Sequence record: OQ973471.1
DNA length: 64,000 bases
Strand: one strand, 5' to 3'
From: Escherichia phage AV101
Both the position numbers and the translations under genes were made by a program. Positions within the stretch are counted from its first letter, which is position 1, and each line of letters opens with the position of its first letter. This document shows positions 39,196 through 49,020 of this stretch, in pieces. The notes below the pieces were generated by a model. That model was not told the DNA's origin, made no database searches, and worked only from the letters and a program-made list of their open reading frames with translations.

Positions 39196-39990
39196 TTAAC
39201 TGAAACTCTTGTATGCTGCTGCGAGCTTCGCGTCGTACTGGTTCTTGGCATACGCCGGACCATTATAGCGCCGTGCAAACTCAGCCCAGTTCTTGTCCTT
39301 CAGAGCCTGCCAGAGCTTGGCGTCAGCCTTGATGAACTTCACGAATGCCATCAAATGAGCACGTTCTCCTGTCAGGAAGTCGTTGAACATCTCCTTGGCG
39401 TTGGCATATCCACAGACCTGGCAGTTGAATCCCATGATCTGGAAGAGACCGTAAGAGGCGCTCTCGTACGCACAATCCTCATCGATGTTGATCGCTGCAT
39501 GAAGTCGATCCAACTCCGCGTCGCCTCCCGTGTACCCGCCTGCGGAAGGACTGACCAACGTCGGGTACATATGTCCCATGGCATTCGCCCGAGCCTGTCC
39601 GAACTTCGCCATCAGCTTCTTATACATGATGTGGCGCTCAAACAATGTCTTGATCTTACCTGACTTGGTGAAGCCCGTGCCGCGCGACTCAACCTGATTC
39701 ACCGCCTTGACAGAGGCAAGGTCAACACCCAGATCATTAGCAGCATCAATCAGGTCTGACTCAGTTAGATGATCCTGATGGGCGTCTCCGGCGTTGCGAA
39801 TAGCATAGGAGGTCTTTGGACCCACGATACCATCAATGACAAGTCCCGCACCCGCCTGAACCGTCTTGACGGCGTTCTCTGTTGCCTTACCAAAGATACC
39901 ATCAGCGACGAGGGTGAAGCCGATTTTGTTGAGGCTATTCTGAAGTGCCTTCACTTCAGTGCCACGGTTGCCAAGTTTTAGAATGGCCAT
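39196..39990 (-). CDS. endolysin: peptidoglycan-binding domain plus muramidase-like catalytic domain
   Basis: N-terminal PG-binding repeat (LQNSLNKIGF...DGIFGKATENAV...DGIVGPKTSYAI), C-terminal YGLFQIMGFN motif; GGAGG RBS. Confidence 0.65.
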   Translation of the reverse strand: MAILKLGNRGTEVKALQNSLNKIGFTLVADGIFGKATENAVKTVQAGAGLVIDGIVGPKTSYAIRNAGDAHQDHLTESDLIDAANDLGVDLASVKAVNQVESRGTGFTKSGKIKTLFERHIMYKKLMAKFGQARANAMGHMYPTLVSPSAGGYTGGDAELDRLHAAINIDEDCAYESASYGLFQIMGFNCQVCGYANAKEMFNDFLTGERAHLMAFVKFIKADAKLWQALKDKNWAEFARRYNGPAYAKNQYDAKLAAAYKSFS

Positions 39991-39993
39991 AAG

Positions 39994-40024
39994 AAATACC
40001 TCCACAATGAATGCAGAGGTATTT
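39994..40024 (-). promoter_or_regulatory. stem-loop sequestering endolysin RBS
   Basis: 9-bp stem AAATACCTC/GAGGTATTT; the 3' arm on the mRNA contains GGAGG RBS, ATG 4 nt downstream. Confidence 0.4.
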
Positions 40025-40175
40025 AAAGTGAAAGTGAACTACTCGAGAAACTGAGGGAAAACTTTGTTCGGAATGTGGTCAGCAACCCAGAGAGCGCCTA
40101 AAGAGGATTGAATGGCTGCGATCTCCTCCCAAGACCTGATAGGGGGAGTTGTCTCCCCTATGTTACACGTCGGGA

Positions 40176-40664
40176 TTAGGCCAGTTTGCTCACCAGAGCT
40201 TCAACTGCGTCGGCGCTCAGTTTACCCATTTTGACGTATTGAGCTTTTGCTTCGCCGCCAACTGCTTTCACGATGTCGGTGTTGTCGTACCCCTTCTTAG
40301 GGAAGACCATCACAGAGAAGGAACCGTTGTTCAGCGGGTTCAGCTGGATGCGACCTTTACCGACTACGATGGTGCCGTAAGTTTCGGTGTTTGCTTCGAC
40401 AATGTGGATGTCGTGACCCAGGTTTTTCAGCATACCAACTTTGTCGGCAGTCTTAGCAACCACAGCTTTATCAACCACAACCTGCTCTACCAGGGTGAAG
40501 CCGTTAGTCGCTTTCACTTTACCGTTCAGCAGGTTCATGAAGGAAGTTTTGCCACCAGTGAAGCCAGCTGCCTGAGCGATGCGGAACATTTCAACTTTAG
40601 CAACTTCGGTGTTCAGTTCGAAAGAGATGGTGCCGTTGGTGATCAGAGTTTTGGTAGTAGCCAT
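40176..40664 (-). CDS. hypothetical protein, likely abundant
   Basis: Strong GAGGA RBS, structured leader, terminator on both sides; Thr/Val/Gly/Lys-rich. Confidence 0.45.
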   Translation of the reverse strand: MATTKTLITNGTISFELNTEVAKVEMFRIAQAAGFTGGKTSFMNLLNGKVKATNGFTLVEQVVVDKAVVAKTADKVGMLKNLGHDIHIVEANTETYGTIVVGKGRIQLNPLNNGSFSVMVFPKKGYDNTDIVKAVGGEAKAQYVKMGKLSADAVEALVSKLA

Positions 40665-40802
40665 GATGTAATTCCTCATAATGTAGTTGGTTCATTTCAC
40701 TTTTCATTCGGCGGTGTGTTACCGCCCTATGTGAACTATAATAGTGTATCATTATTGAAGAGTAAAGTCTTTTTCAATAAATTTTTAAATAATTTTGAAG
40801 TA

Positions 40803-40829
40803 TTTTAAAAGGCCTCATTCGACGAGGCC
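40803..40829 (-). terminator. intrinsic terminator
   Basis: Stem GGCCTC/GAGGCC with 7-nt loop; T-run on minus strand. Confidence 0.55.
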
Positions 40830-40858
40830 TGGAGGGAGGTGATGTGAAGTAAAAAGTT

Positions 40859-41065
40859 TTAGCTCGGGCGAAATCTTACAAACTCGCGAGCCAATTCGGC
40901 CTGCTCAGCACTGATAGGAACTCCATGGAAGTCCACCTGACCATTCTTCCAGCCGTGGATGAAACTCGGAGACTCTTCCCCAGATAAGACATACCCCTCA
41001 CGAGATTTCAAGTACCCCCGCAAGATCTCTCCGTCGTCCAGTTTGTTCAGTTCTTCTAACGTCAT
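40859..41065 (-). CDS. hypothetical protein
   Basis: 68 aa; coupled to primase gene (ATGA). Confidence 0.4.
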   Translation of the reverse strand: MTLEELNKLDDGEILRGYLKSREGYVLSGEESPSFIHGWKNGQVDFHGVPISAEQAELAREFVRFRPS

Positions 41066-42120
41066 CGCACTTTCCTCAGTTCAGCGAATTGTAATGATGC
41101 GGCCATACCTTGGTAAACGTTCTTGGCGATCAGCTTCAGGAGGTCTTGTATGGACATGTTGCCCTTTGATGGCATGACCATGTCGTTGATATCCTTCCAA
41201 GGAACGTCTGGTGGGAACAGTACAACCTTGACACCTTTATCTATCATCTTCTGAATACCGTCACACACCTGCGGGTTCCGGTACTGATTATCAGGGATAT
41301 AAATGTCGCCCTTCACGCTCAGTAGATCAGCATCGGCCGATGCAAGACAGTTGGGTAGGAACAGGCTGTCAATCGGACCTTCCACAACCAGCTTGGTCTT
41401 GTGAATGTTCACCCGGTCTTCACCATACACCTTAGTGTCTTCATCCTTGGGCTTGACTGTTGCGTAGCGCAGTGTCGCACTCTTGTCGAATGCACGCCCC
41501 TGAACGATCTTCATGCGACCATCCTGAGTCCAGAACGGAATCACCAGCCGCTCATCGTCGGGGATCTTCAGCTGCTTCTCAGGGTTCGTTTCGAACTGGA
41601 GTAGATCCTGGCGGAAGTGCTGTGTGTAATACAGGAGGGTCAAAGTGCTCTCCGGCAGTCCACGCCACTGTACGTACTGTCGAGCCTTATGGTCAGGCGG
41701 TAATAGATCAAGCCGTAGCATATTGCCGAGGAGGCTCTCGTCGCGTTTCGCCGCCACTGAGCCAATACGGGCGGTCTGTGTTAGCTTTGGTAACGGCTTC
41801 AGGGAAGGAAGTGGTCTGCCCGACGTATCACCCAGCAGACGGAACTTCTCCATGTTGTACTCTGTTGAGAGGCGTTCGTCGAACTTCTTCAGCCAGAACT
41901 CAAATGACCAGCCATTCATCTGGTTGCAGTTATGGCACTTGAACCGGAAGCAGTCATGATCCCGATCATAGAAGAAGTATCCACGGCGCTTGTTAGCAGA
42001 CTTCGTGGAGTCACCGCACAGAGGGCAACGGAAGTTCGCAACAGAACCCACGCGCTCCCACTTGAACTTGTCAAGGCGGGGCGACAAGTTGTTGATAAAT
42101 TGCTCGTCAAGAAATTTCAT
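41062..42120 (-). CDS. DNA primase (gp61-like)
   Basis: Zinc ribbon FRCPLCGDS...CHNCN matching T4 gp61 FRCPVCGDS...CYNCN; Toprim VVEGPIDSLFL. Confidence 0.85.
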   Translation of the reverse strand: MKFLDEQFINNLSPRLDKFKWERVGSVANFRCPLCGDSTKSANKRRGYFFYDRDHDCFRFKCHNCNQMNGWSFEFWLKKFDERLSTEYNMEKFRLLGDTSGRPLPSLKPLPKLTQTARIGSVAAKRDESLLGNMLRLDLLPPDHKARQYVQWRGLPESTLTLLYYTQHFRQDLLQFETNPEKQLKIPDDERLVIPFWTQDGRMKIVQGRAFDKSATLRYATVKPKDEDTKVYGEDRVNIHKTKLVVEGPIDSLFLPNCLASADADLLSVKGDIYIPDNQYRNPQVCDGIQKMIDKGVKVVLFPPDVPWKDINDMVMPSKGNMSIQDLLKLIAKNVYQGMAASLQFAELRKVR

Positions 42121-42391
42121 TTACCCACCCGGTACGGAAAAGGATAGATTTATACTCTTCCACCATGTCCTGGTCGTAATCAGTTTGACGGGAATACGAT
42201 TGGGCTTCAGCACAATCAGCGCCAAGTTCCACAGAAGCCATAGCGGCTTGCATGTTCAATTTATTTTTGTACTCAGAAACCATCCCATGTCTTTCCAAAT
42301 ATTCACTTGCCTGGATAAATCGTTTTTCTCTGGCGAACATTAGACCATAGTTGATTTCTGAAAACTCTCTGTTGTATGCTTTTAATGACAT
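42107..42391 (-). CDS. hypothetical protein
   Basis: 94 aa. Confidence 0.4.
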   Translation of the reverse strand: MSLKAYNREFSEINYGLMFAREKRFIQASEYLERHGMVSEYKNKLNMQAAMASVELGADCAEAQSYSRQTDYDQDMVEEYKSILFRTGWVNEIS

Positions 42392-42400
42392 AATGACCTC

Positions 42401-43012
42401 TTAAATCGCTGGTCTCTGGAACACTTCGGTCACAGTATAGTCTACACCACGACTTTGAGCTATACACAGTTGACGCCAAGCCCCATACAGGATATTCTGT
42501 TCCCCAGCCATGTTGCGCTCAAAGTGGGCGAAGCCGTCGAGGAGTTCCATGTAGCTGCGCATATGCCGGGTAATGGTTCTTCCTCTCTTGATCTGTTCAT
42601 CAAGGTACTTCTGATAATGCTCTGGTGATGACAATAAAGAGTACTTCATGTCTGGCACATGAACTGGCATCAGGGACTTGCGGGGTGTGAAATAGAACAG
42701 CCCCCACTTCGGCGGTAGGTCTTCAACCCTGATCACGTCCTGAGGGCAGACATAAAAGCGGTATGCGCCCATGCCCGTCGTCGGATCCATGCGATGAGGC
42801 TTCTTCTTGTCGGTAAGGAAATCAGAGCGAGACACCTTCACTTCCATCAGGATAGAGCAACCGCCGGAACGGAACCCGATGGCATCAGGTGATTCTTTGT
42901 TGTCAAACGAATTTGGCTCGATGAAGACAGCGCCGCAGTTCATGCGACCGCGCAGGTAGTTGGCCGCGATCTCACATCCTTCGCGGTGTGACGGGATAAA
43001 GATTTTGCTCAT
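42401..43012 (-). CDS. PD-(D/E)xK-like nuclease, tentative
   Basis: D...ILMEVKVSRSD pattern; start ATG 43012 after AAGGAAAGGA RBS. Confidence 0.35.
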   Translation of the reverse strand: MSKIFIPSHREGCEIAANYLRGRMNCGAVFIEPNSFDNKESPDAIGFRSGGCSILMEVKVSRSDFLTDKKKPHRMDPTTGMGAYRFYVCPQDVIRVEDLPPKWGLFYFTPRKSLMPVHVPDMKYSLLSSPEHYQKYLDEQIKRGRTITRHMRSYMELLDGFAHFERNMAGEQNILYGAWRQLCIAQSRGVDYTVTEVFQRPAI

Positions 43013-43069
43013 TGTCCTTTCCTTTTGGTGAATAATGAGCAAAATTATATGCCTTTATTTCGTATTGAC

Positions 43070-43423
43070 TTACGACAGCTGCTTCAGTTTGTAGATCGTC
43101 TGATAGCACAGTGTCTTGATTTCATCAAGCGTGTTCTGAAGGTGGGAGTCACACTGCTTGTAGATGCCATCGACGTCTATCACCACACTGTTGACATAGG
43201 CAATTGGGTCTGGGTTGTAGAGCTTGATGTTCTCGAATGATGGAACATACTGACCACCCGCACCGATGTATGCTTCGGTAAACGTGTCCAGCAAGTCCTC
43301 TAGATCCCCGTAGAACTCCCCGAGTGCCTTGTGCTTGGCATAGGATGTTGTAACGAAGTGCAAGGCATGAGAGTGGGCTATAGCAAGCAGTCCACGGTTG
43401 ATGAAAATACTCGCATTGACCAT
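43070..43423 (-). CDS. hypothetical protein
   Basis: GAGGA RBS; 117 aa. Confidence 0.4.
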   Translation of the reverse strand: MVNASIFINRGLLAIAHSHALHFVTTSYAKHKALGEFYGDLEDLLDTFTEAYIGAGGQYVPSFENIKLYNPDPIAYVNSVVIDVDGIYKQCDSHLQNTLDEIKTLCYQTIYKLKQLS

Positions 43424-43516
43424 GATGTTGTCCTCAGAAAAAGAAATCCCCCTGTATTTAGGGGGATCCAGTTACAGACCAAGTTCTTTCGTCGTGGCGT
43501 CGTCTAGTGCAACCTC

Positions 43517-44095
43517 CTAGACAGGCTTAACACCGAGGAACTTGGCAATGTCAGCAGCCAGGTTTTTACCCTTGCTGATGTCGTGTTCTTTACCGCCGAC
43601 AGTAACGATAACATACGGGTCATCTTCACCACCGAAGTTCACGGTGATCGCCTTGCCGATGCCAGGGATGCCAGGGATGCCAGAGTATTCGAACTCAGTA
43701 CGACCACTCTTGCGAGACTTGCCAGCACCCAGTGCTTTACCGATCATCTTGTCCATGTTCGCCAGTTCCTGAGCATAGGATTCGGTCACCTGGCCTTTGT
43801 CGGCAGACTTGCCAAAGAAGAATTCGAAGCCGTCATGGACAGCAACGACTTCCTGACCTTGGGAAATACCGTGAGTCTGGTCTGGGGTCAGCTTCACCTT
43901 GATGGTGTTGCCGTTGGTTAACTCCAGGTTGTAGACATCCGCCTGATTGTCAGGAGTGATCTGGGTCACGGTAGCGCCGGAACACCACTGGGTGCCGTCA
44001 GCTTGCTTGGTGATGGATACGGTCTTACCCTGGACACCAGCATGTGTCTGAGGTTTAGCGGCTTGTTCTTTAAAGTATTGAAGGAACGGTTTCAT
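43517..44095 (-). CDS. late protein of unknown function (likely virion-associated)
   Basis: TATAAATA late-promoter motif on minus strand (44110-44117) and GAGGAGA RBS. Confidence 0.5.
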   Translation of the reverse strand: MKPFLQYFKEQAAKPQTHAGVQGKTVSITKQADGTQWCSGATVTQITPDNQADVYNLELTNGNTIKVKLTPDQTHGISQGQEVVAVHDGFEFFFGKSADKGQVTESYAQELANMDKMIGKALGAGKSRKSGRTEFEYSGIPGIPGIGKAITVNFGGEDDPYVIVTVGGKEHDISKGKNLAADIAKFLGVKPV

Positions 44096-44109
44096 CTTGA
44101 ATCTCCTCG

Positions 44110-44117
44110 GGATTTCA
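44110..44117 (-). promoter_or_regulatory. T4-type late promoter motif TATAAATA
   Basis: Minus-strand TATAAATA immediately after terminator hairpin, before gene starting at 44095. Confidence 0.55.
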
Positions 44118-44118
44118 G

Positions 44119-44132
44119 TTATTTATAAGCCC
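44119..44132 (-). terminator. stem-loop (GCCCC-CGAA-GGGGC) separating large gene from late gene
   Basis: 5-bp GC stem with tetraloop, immediately before late promoter. Confidence 0.45.
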
Positions 44133-44151
44133 CCGAAGGGGCTTTAGATGA

Positions 44152-46872
44152 TCAGATTTTAATCTGCATGTTGCCGCCCAGGGACTGCTCATACTCACTG
44201 TATGCGCTCTCCCCGTTGCTTGCAGCCCATTCGTCCGACTGCTGAGCACGAGCCAGAGTCATCAGGTTTGGTTCAGTCGGGTTGTATCCCTTGGACTTCG
44301 CATCCTGATACACGGTCTGCAGGTACTGGTTGGCACGGTCGATCTGCCCTTTGAACTCGCGGAAAGCCCCTTCGGTTGTGTTGCGGCGGAAGGTGATATC
44401 CCAATCGACGTTCAGGGTTTGCCCATCACGGCTTGCATAGATCTGCCAATCCAGGTCGCGACCTTTTGGAGCATTGTCGCGGATGGATCCGGCGTATGTC
44501 GCAAGGTCAACGCCAGTCTTCTTCGCAGTACTCGACTCTTTCTCCAGTCTCTCGGTTTCTTTGGACAGGATACCCAACATAAATTCATTAGTGCGGCGAT
44601 CCGCCATGTCGTACCCGCGCCAAAGGACTGAACCGTTGTCGTCAACAGAAATGTCGTCCAAGAATACTTGTTTCGGATTATGCGACGTGCTTTTCAGAGT
44701 TTGCATATTCCGAGATATCATTTCCATTTTAGAAGAAATTTCATCGATCACGGCCTGAACAATATCTTTCTTCAAAGTAAGTTCATATGTCTTCGGATTG
44801 TTCAGGGTACGACCTTTATTGGATACCATAGGCGTGATCGCCACTTTGCCTTTGTCGTAGTAATAGGTCACATTCGTGGTCAATACAGCACCATCATACT
44901 TCCCAGTTTTCGGGAAATTGACGCCAGACCAAGTGATGGACATACCGTTGACAGTCTCACCAAACACCATGGCGTTGCGTGGCATCTTCAGGGTTCCAGA
45001 GTTGACCAGATCAGCGCCTTGGGCATTCAGGTCGATAGAACCATAGATGGCCCCGGTAATACGATCTTTCAGCATCAGGGTCTTGTCGCCCTTCTCTGGG
45101 ATGATTTCCAGCGGGTGCTTGCCACGCGGAGGCTCTTTGATGAGTTCCAGCAGAGCAGTGTTCCCAGGCTTCACACGATTCAGGACAGCGTCGGACACTG
45201 TCAGAGTCCAGTTTGCGGTTTCCACATAACCCCAGCCCCGAGAACGGCGAATGGCTTTGATAGGATATGGAGCGCTTGTTGGCACTGCGCTAATTTCCCA
45301 TTTGCCAGTGTACTGGGTCTTGGCAACCTCAAAGATGGACGCAATTACCGCATTGGCGACGTCACGGGCGCTACCTTTGGCCACGTTCTCCTCTTCAGCA
45401 ATTTCGCTGAAAACTGAGTATTGAACGAAACCAGCGAGGACGTTTGTGAAGTTGACAACGATAACCAACCCGCCTGCCGTCGTGTAACGACCAGCGCCCA
45501 CGCGACGGATGTTTTCACCAGGAAGAATAGAAGTGTCCAGCCCAACGTTGGTATCAATGATACCCAGAACACGAGCGATGAAACCGCTGTCACGTAATTG
45601 ATCAACACTGGTTGCACTCTCGGTCGAATCCGATGCGGATTTAGACACTTTGTTCAACTTGATAGAGACAAGGGTTTCCCCGTTGACACCGATGATATCC
45701 CATTCAGTACCCTGCTCGTTCGAGGTGCGGGCAATCTTGCGCTTTGAATTGATGGCACCTTCGTAACGCCCGTTCTTGACCACAACAGAGGCAGTAGCAG
45801 CATCAGTAGCACTTGCTGCATTTGAAAAGTCTGGGTCAGAAATACTGATGTCGACGTCACCGTTTTGAGAACGCATGCGAACACCGTTTTTGAATCGTTC
45901 CACGTTTACTTCTCGAGCACCAAGTCGTTTGGCATCAATAACAGCAGTTCCAGAACCGATAATGTTGGCTGGGTTATTTCTGTCTGAACTGTTTTGAGAA
46001 CCTTTCCAAAATTTTGTGGACGCCGTGGTGAAATCATTCAGGATACTGATAGGGACTTGCGGTAATTTCAACTGACGAGCAATGAAATCAGCACTTTGCC
46101 CACGCACAGGTTTCTCATTCATGTATGCGCCAACATACACGCCCGGCTCATTGTAGTGGGGAGCGATATTTGCCGTGTTCATGCGGCCTCTCTCCTTACC
46201 AGCCCATAACAACATGGGCTGATCCCCGTTTGAAGTTAATTTCCATCCGTTGGAATTATCAACAGAAGATGACACACCCACATCCGGAGTATTGTTCTGA
46301 ACCGGAACGTCACCGACCTTGTCTGGATCATCCCAGGTGATACCCTGCATCTTCGGACCGTCGAATACCTGAGCCGGATCTTTACCCTTGCGGACCAGCC
46401 ACACATAACCACGGTCAGGGACAGGCGCGTAGGTCAGGTCCATGACATTCAGTTTCTGTTTCAGGCCGGACTGGCGGATGATCTTAGGAATCAGGGTCAT
46501 ACCGCGATCCAGCGCTTTCTTAGAGAAGTTGACAGCAAAGCCATCGATGGTCTTACCCAGAGGAGTCGCCATGAATTGTTTGGTCGCTTCGATCATGGAA
46601 GCGATAACGCGCATTGGGTTCTTGAAGCGAGCGATGGCGTCAGGATAGACGGAGCCGCGCTTCTGGCCGATGAAAACCTGACGAACACTCTTACCCAGCC
46701 CCTGAGGGGTATAGAACTGAATACGGTATTCCTTTTCATCTTCGTCGATGAAGGTGAAGAACACATCGCCTGCGTTCTTCTTGCCCATGGTCAGCTCATA
46801 CGGAGCGGAGTTGAACGCTTCGTCCAACTGATCTCTTTCCTGCATGAACTGGAGGAAACTTAGCTTTGACAT
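44152..46872 (-). CDS. large hypothetical protein (907 aa)
   Basis: Start refined to ATG 46872 with GGAG RBS; no clear catalytic motif. Confidence 0.5.
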   Translation of the reverse strand: MSKLSFLQFMQERDQLDEAFNSAPYELTMGKKNAGDVFFTFIDEDEKEYRIQFYTPQGLGKSVRQVFIGQKRGSVYPDAIARFKNPMRVIASMIEATKQFMATPLGKTIDGFAVNFSKKALDRGMTLIPKIIRQSGLKQKLNVMDLTYAPVPDRGYVWLVRKGKDPAQVFDGPKMQGITWDDPDKVGDVPVQNNTPDVGVSSSVDNSNGWKLTSNGDQPMLLWAGKERGRMNTANIAPHYNEPGVYVGAYMNEKPVRGQSADFIARQLKLPQVPISILNDFTTASTKFWKGSQNSSDRNNPANIIGSGTAVIDAKRLGAREVNVERFKNGVRMRSQNGDVDISISDPDFSNAASATDAATASVVVKNGRYEGAINSKRKIARTSNEQGTEWDIIGVNGETLVSIKLNKVSKSASDSTESATSVDQLRDSGFIARVLGIIDTNVGLDTSILPGENIRRVGAGRYTTAGGLVIVVNFTNVLAGFVQYSVFSEIAEEENVAKGSARDVANAVIASIFEVAKTQYTGKWEISAVPTSAPYPIKAIRRSRGWGYVETANWTLTVSDAVLNRVKPGNTALLELIKEPPRGKHPLEIIPEKGDKTLMLKDRITGAIYGSIDLNAQGADLVNSGTLKMPRNAMVFGETVNGMSITWSGVNFPKTGKYDGAVLTTNVTYYYDKGKVAITPMVSNKGRTLNNPKTYELTLKKDIVQAVIDEISSKMEMISRNMQTLKSTSHNPKQVFLDDISVDDNGSVLWRGYDMADRRTNEFMLGILSKETERLEKESSTAKKTGVDLATYAGSIRDNAPKGRDLDWQIYASRDGQTLNVDWDITFRRNTTEGAFREFKGQIDRANQYLQTVYQDAKSKGYNPTEPNLMTLARAQQSDEWAASNGESAYSEYEQSLGGNMQIKI

Positions 46873-46947
46873 TTTATATCTCCTGATGGAATTATGACGG
46901 TTTCTTCTAATTAGCGAAACCAAAAGAGAGCCGAAGCTCCCCTTATC

Positions 46948-47283
46948 TTATTTTTGAACTTGGGCTACAGACATCGCCCAGAGCGGGAGGGTGTGGGGGT
47001 CCAGGGCTTCCAGTAGATATTCGACGCGCTCTGACATGATACCTTCAGGGAAGTTTACTTCTTCTGGTTCGTTGTTGGCCGTCCAACCCAAGGTCAGTCC
47101 TTCAGCGTGATGGATGATATAAACGAAGTCGCCCGATTCGTAGTCCTTTTCCATCAGGTCGAAGAAATGGAAGATTTCTTCGTCGGAGAAGTAGTAGATG
47201 CGAGGTACAGAGCCGTCAGCAAAGTGCTCAGCACCCTGGAAGGCAAACATGTCATCGGCAGTGAAGTTCTTGAGTTGTGTCAT
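46948..47283 (-). CDS. hypothetical acidic protein
   Basis: Start ATG 47283 preceded by AGGAACTATATC cassette. Confidence 0.4.
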   Translation of the reverse strand: MTQLKNFTADDMFAFQGAEHFADGSVPRIYYFSDEEIFHFFDLMEKDYESGDFVYIIHHAEGLTLGWTANNEPEEVNFPEGIMSERVEYLLEALDPHTLPLWAMSVAQVQK

Positions 47284-47378
47284 GATATAGTTCCTGCTTT
47301 TCAAGTTGGTGTCGTACTGCTTATGGAATGAAGTATAGGGAAGGATATTGAAGAAGTAAAGGGGCGTTTGCCCCTTTT
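47284..47378 (-). repeat. conserved intergenic cassette copy
   Basis: Shares CCCTATACTTC and TTGAAAAGCAGGAACTATATC-ATG with copy at 34369. Confidence 0.6.
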
Positions 47379-47389
47379 ATTGAATTATT

Positions 47390-48025
47390 TTACGGCGTTG
47401 TAACCACCGGGATATGAGACCGAATTCCAGCGATGATGTCCTTCAGCTGAGGCTTCCATCCATCCACCAAACGGGGTAGAGCGATAGCACCAGGCTGGAC
47501 CAAAATGATGTCGCTGCCTGTGATATTGTGCTGAGGGAACTGGGCAAGGTACTGCTCCATGGTGACACCCTCATCAATCAGAACCGCACCGACGTCAGAC
47601 GATGCGTAGGTCGCACCCAGACCGTCAACGCCCCATGCCAAGATACCCCAGTCAGGGATGTTGGCTTCAGATGTGATGGTGAATCCAAACACAGTGTTCA
47701 GGGAGGTGAAGGAATAGACATCGTGAGTTATGTCATACACCAGATACCCCTTGGCCAGCATATCGGCAAATATCGCGTCCGTATCGCCAGCAGCCGGAGT
47801 CGGTACAGTAAACAACAGCTCACCCTCAGGAGGAGCAGGATACGTGCCGAGGGCATAGAGGCACCACGCATCGATGCACTTCTTGATAAATGCCTCCGGT
47901 GCGACATAATCAGCAAGGCGAACCGTACCTGAGTACTCTGATACGATAATGCCTTCCTTCGCACCCTGTAGAGCAATGAAGACCAAGATATGTTCATATC
48001 CGGCCTGAGATGGAGTGATGTTCAT
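47390..48025 (-). CDS. hypothetical protein
   Basis: Start ATG 48025 overlaps stop of upstream gene (TAATG). Confidence 0.4.
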   Translation of the reverse strand: MNITPSQAGYEHILVFIALQGAKEGIIVSEYSGTVRLADYVAPEAFIKKCIDAWCLYALGTYPAPPEGELLFTVPTPAAGDTDAIFADMLAKGYLVYDITHDVYSFTSLNTVFGFTITSEANIPDWGILAWGVDGLGATYASSDVGAVLIDEGVTMEQYLAQFPQHNITGSDIILVQPGAIALPRLVDGWKPQLKDIIAGIRSHIPVVTTP

Positions 48026-48639
48026 TATCTTGTCCTCTTCAGTTTCTCTATTGTGTGCCTGTTCATGGCGATCACCTGAGGATCTACCTCGGAGATGGTC
48101 CGGCCTTCGAAGGACACACATTTCTGAAGATATTTAGCTTTCTTCACGACGTCGGCAGCATAAGCGTTCGATGCAGGATTACGGGCGAAGCCAGCATTGT
48201 AAGAGGAGAGGGATTTGCGGATATTCTGATTGTGATAGGTCAGCCAGAACTGCATCTCATCGAGGGCGGCTTGCGCGGCATATTCTTGGTCGGTCAGCAA
48301 CTTTATGGCGACATTGGCATAGCACTTGCGATTCTTACAACCTTCGCGATCACCAACTGTCTTCACCTTGTTCTGAAAGGCTCCCATGTTGGCCGCCTTG
48401 AGGCCGTATCGCATTGACACTACATCTTCGCCAGCGCGGCTCTCACGCCAAGATATGGCGGCCAGAGTGTAGCCAAGATCTTGTGTCTTGCCCACGTGAT
48501 AGGCGGTTGCCATCGTATTAAGTTGTTGCTCAGAGAAATTATAAACACATTGACTTGTATTTTGGGAAGCGTGCACATTCCCGCTGGCAATGGTAAAGGT
48601 CACGGACAAGGCCATGGCCTTCAACGTTGTCATCGTCAT
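48025..48639 (-). CDS. secreted lytic-transglycosylase-like protein
   Basis: N-terminal signal peptide MTMTTLKAMALSVTFTIASGNVHA; SLT-like ISWRESR...GAFQ...YNAGF. Confidence 0.45.
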   Translation of the reverse strand: MTMTTLKAMALSVTFTIASGNVHASQNTSQCVYNFSEQQLNTMATAYHVGKTQDLGYTLAAISWRESRAGEDVVSMRYGLKAANMGAFQNKVKTVGDREGCKNRKCYANVAIKLLTDQEYAAQAALDEMQFWLTYHNQNIRKSLSSYNAGFARNPASNAYAADVVKKAKYLQKCVSFEGRTISEVDPQVIAMNRHTIEKLKRTR

Positions 48640-48735
48640 GATGGCGTTCCTTATGTTTGTCGACTTGCAGCTCGATTGAGCCTCCTGACAGGGGTTAAAA
48701 GATAAAGGGCACGTGATATTTAGTGCCCTTCAGCC

Positions 48736-49020
48736 TCATTCGTAGATGAGGTGGTAGGATTCCTCGATGCACTCCAGCCAGCCGTAGACGAACTGTAGAG
48801 GGTCATCCCATGCCGTCTTGGTCGCGACGGTAAAGTTGCCGTCCAGGATCTGCATATCTTGGTACTTGTTGAAAGCGAGTACAGCATCAACCACAATCAG
48901 GCCACCCTGCTCAAGATAACGATTCGGAGTGACGGTCACTTGGTAATGAGGATTCCTGCGATTCCATATCTCCACAGCAATGTCACAGGATTCCTGAATT
49001 TCATCTTTGTTTTCTGACAT
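48736..49020 (-). CDS. hypothetical protein
   Basis: 94 aa. Confidence 0.4.
   Translation of the reverse strand: MSENKDEIQESCDIAVEIWNRRNPHYQVTVTPNRYLEQGGLIVVDAVLAFNKYQDMQILDGNFTVATKTAWDDPLQFVYGWLECIEESYHLIYE

Noticed and set aside
40149-40808. 219-aa plus-strand ORF
   Set aside because: Antisense to the 162-aa minus-strand gene that has a strong RBS; spans the terminator hairpins.
44668-45417. 249-aa plus-strand ORF
   Set aside because: Antisense within the 907-aa gene.
46860-46880. GATATAAAATG near the start of the 907-aa gene as a late promoter
   Set aside because: Sits between the RBS and start codon, too close to initiate a transcript that includes the RBS; not an exact TATAAATA.
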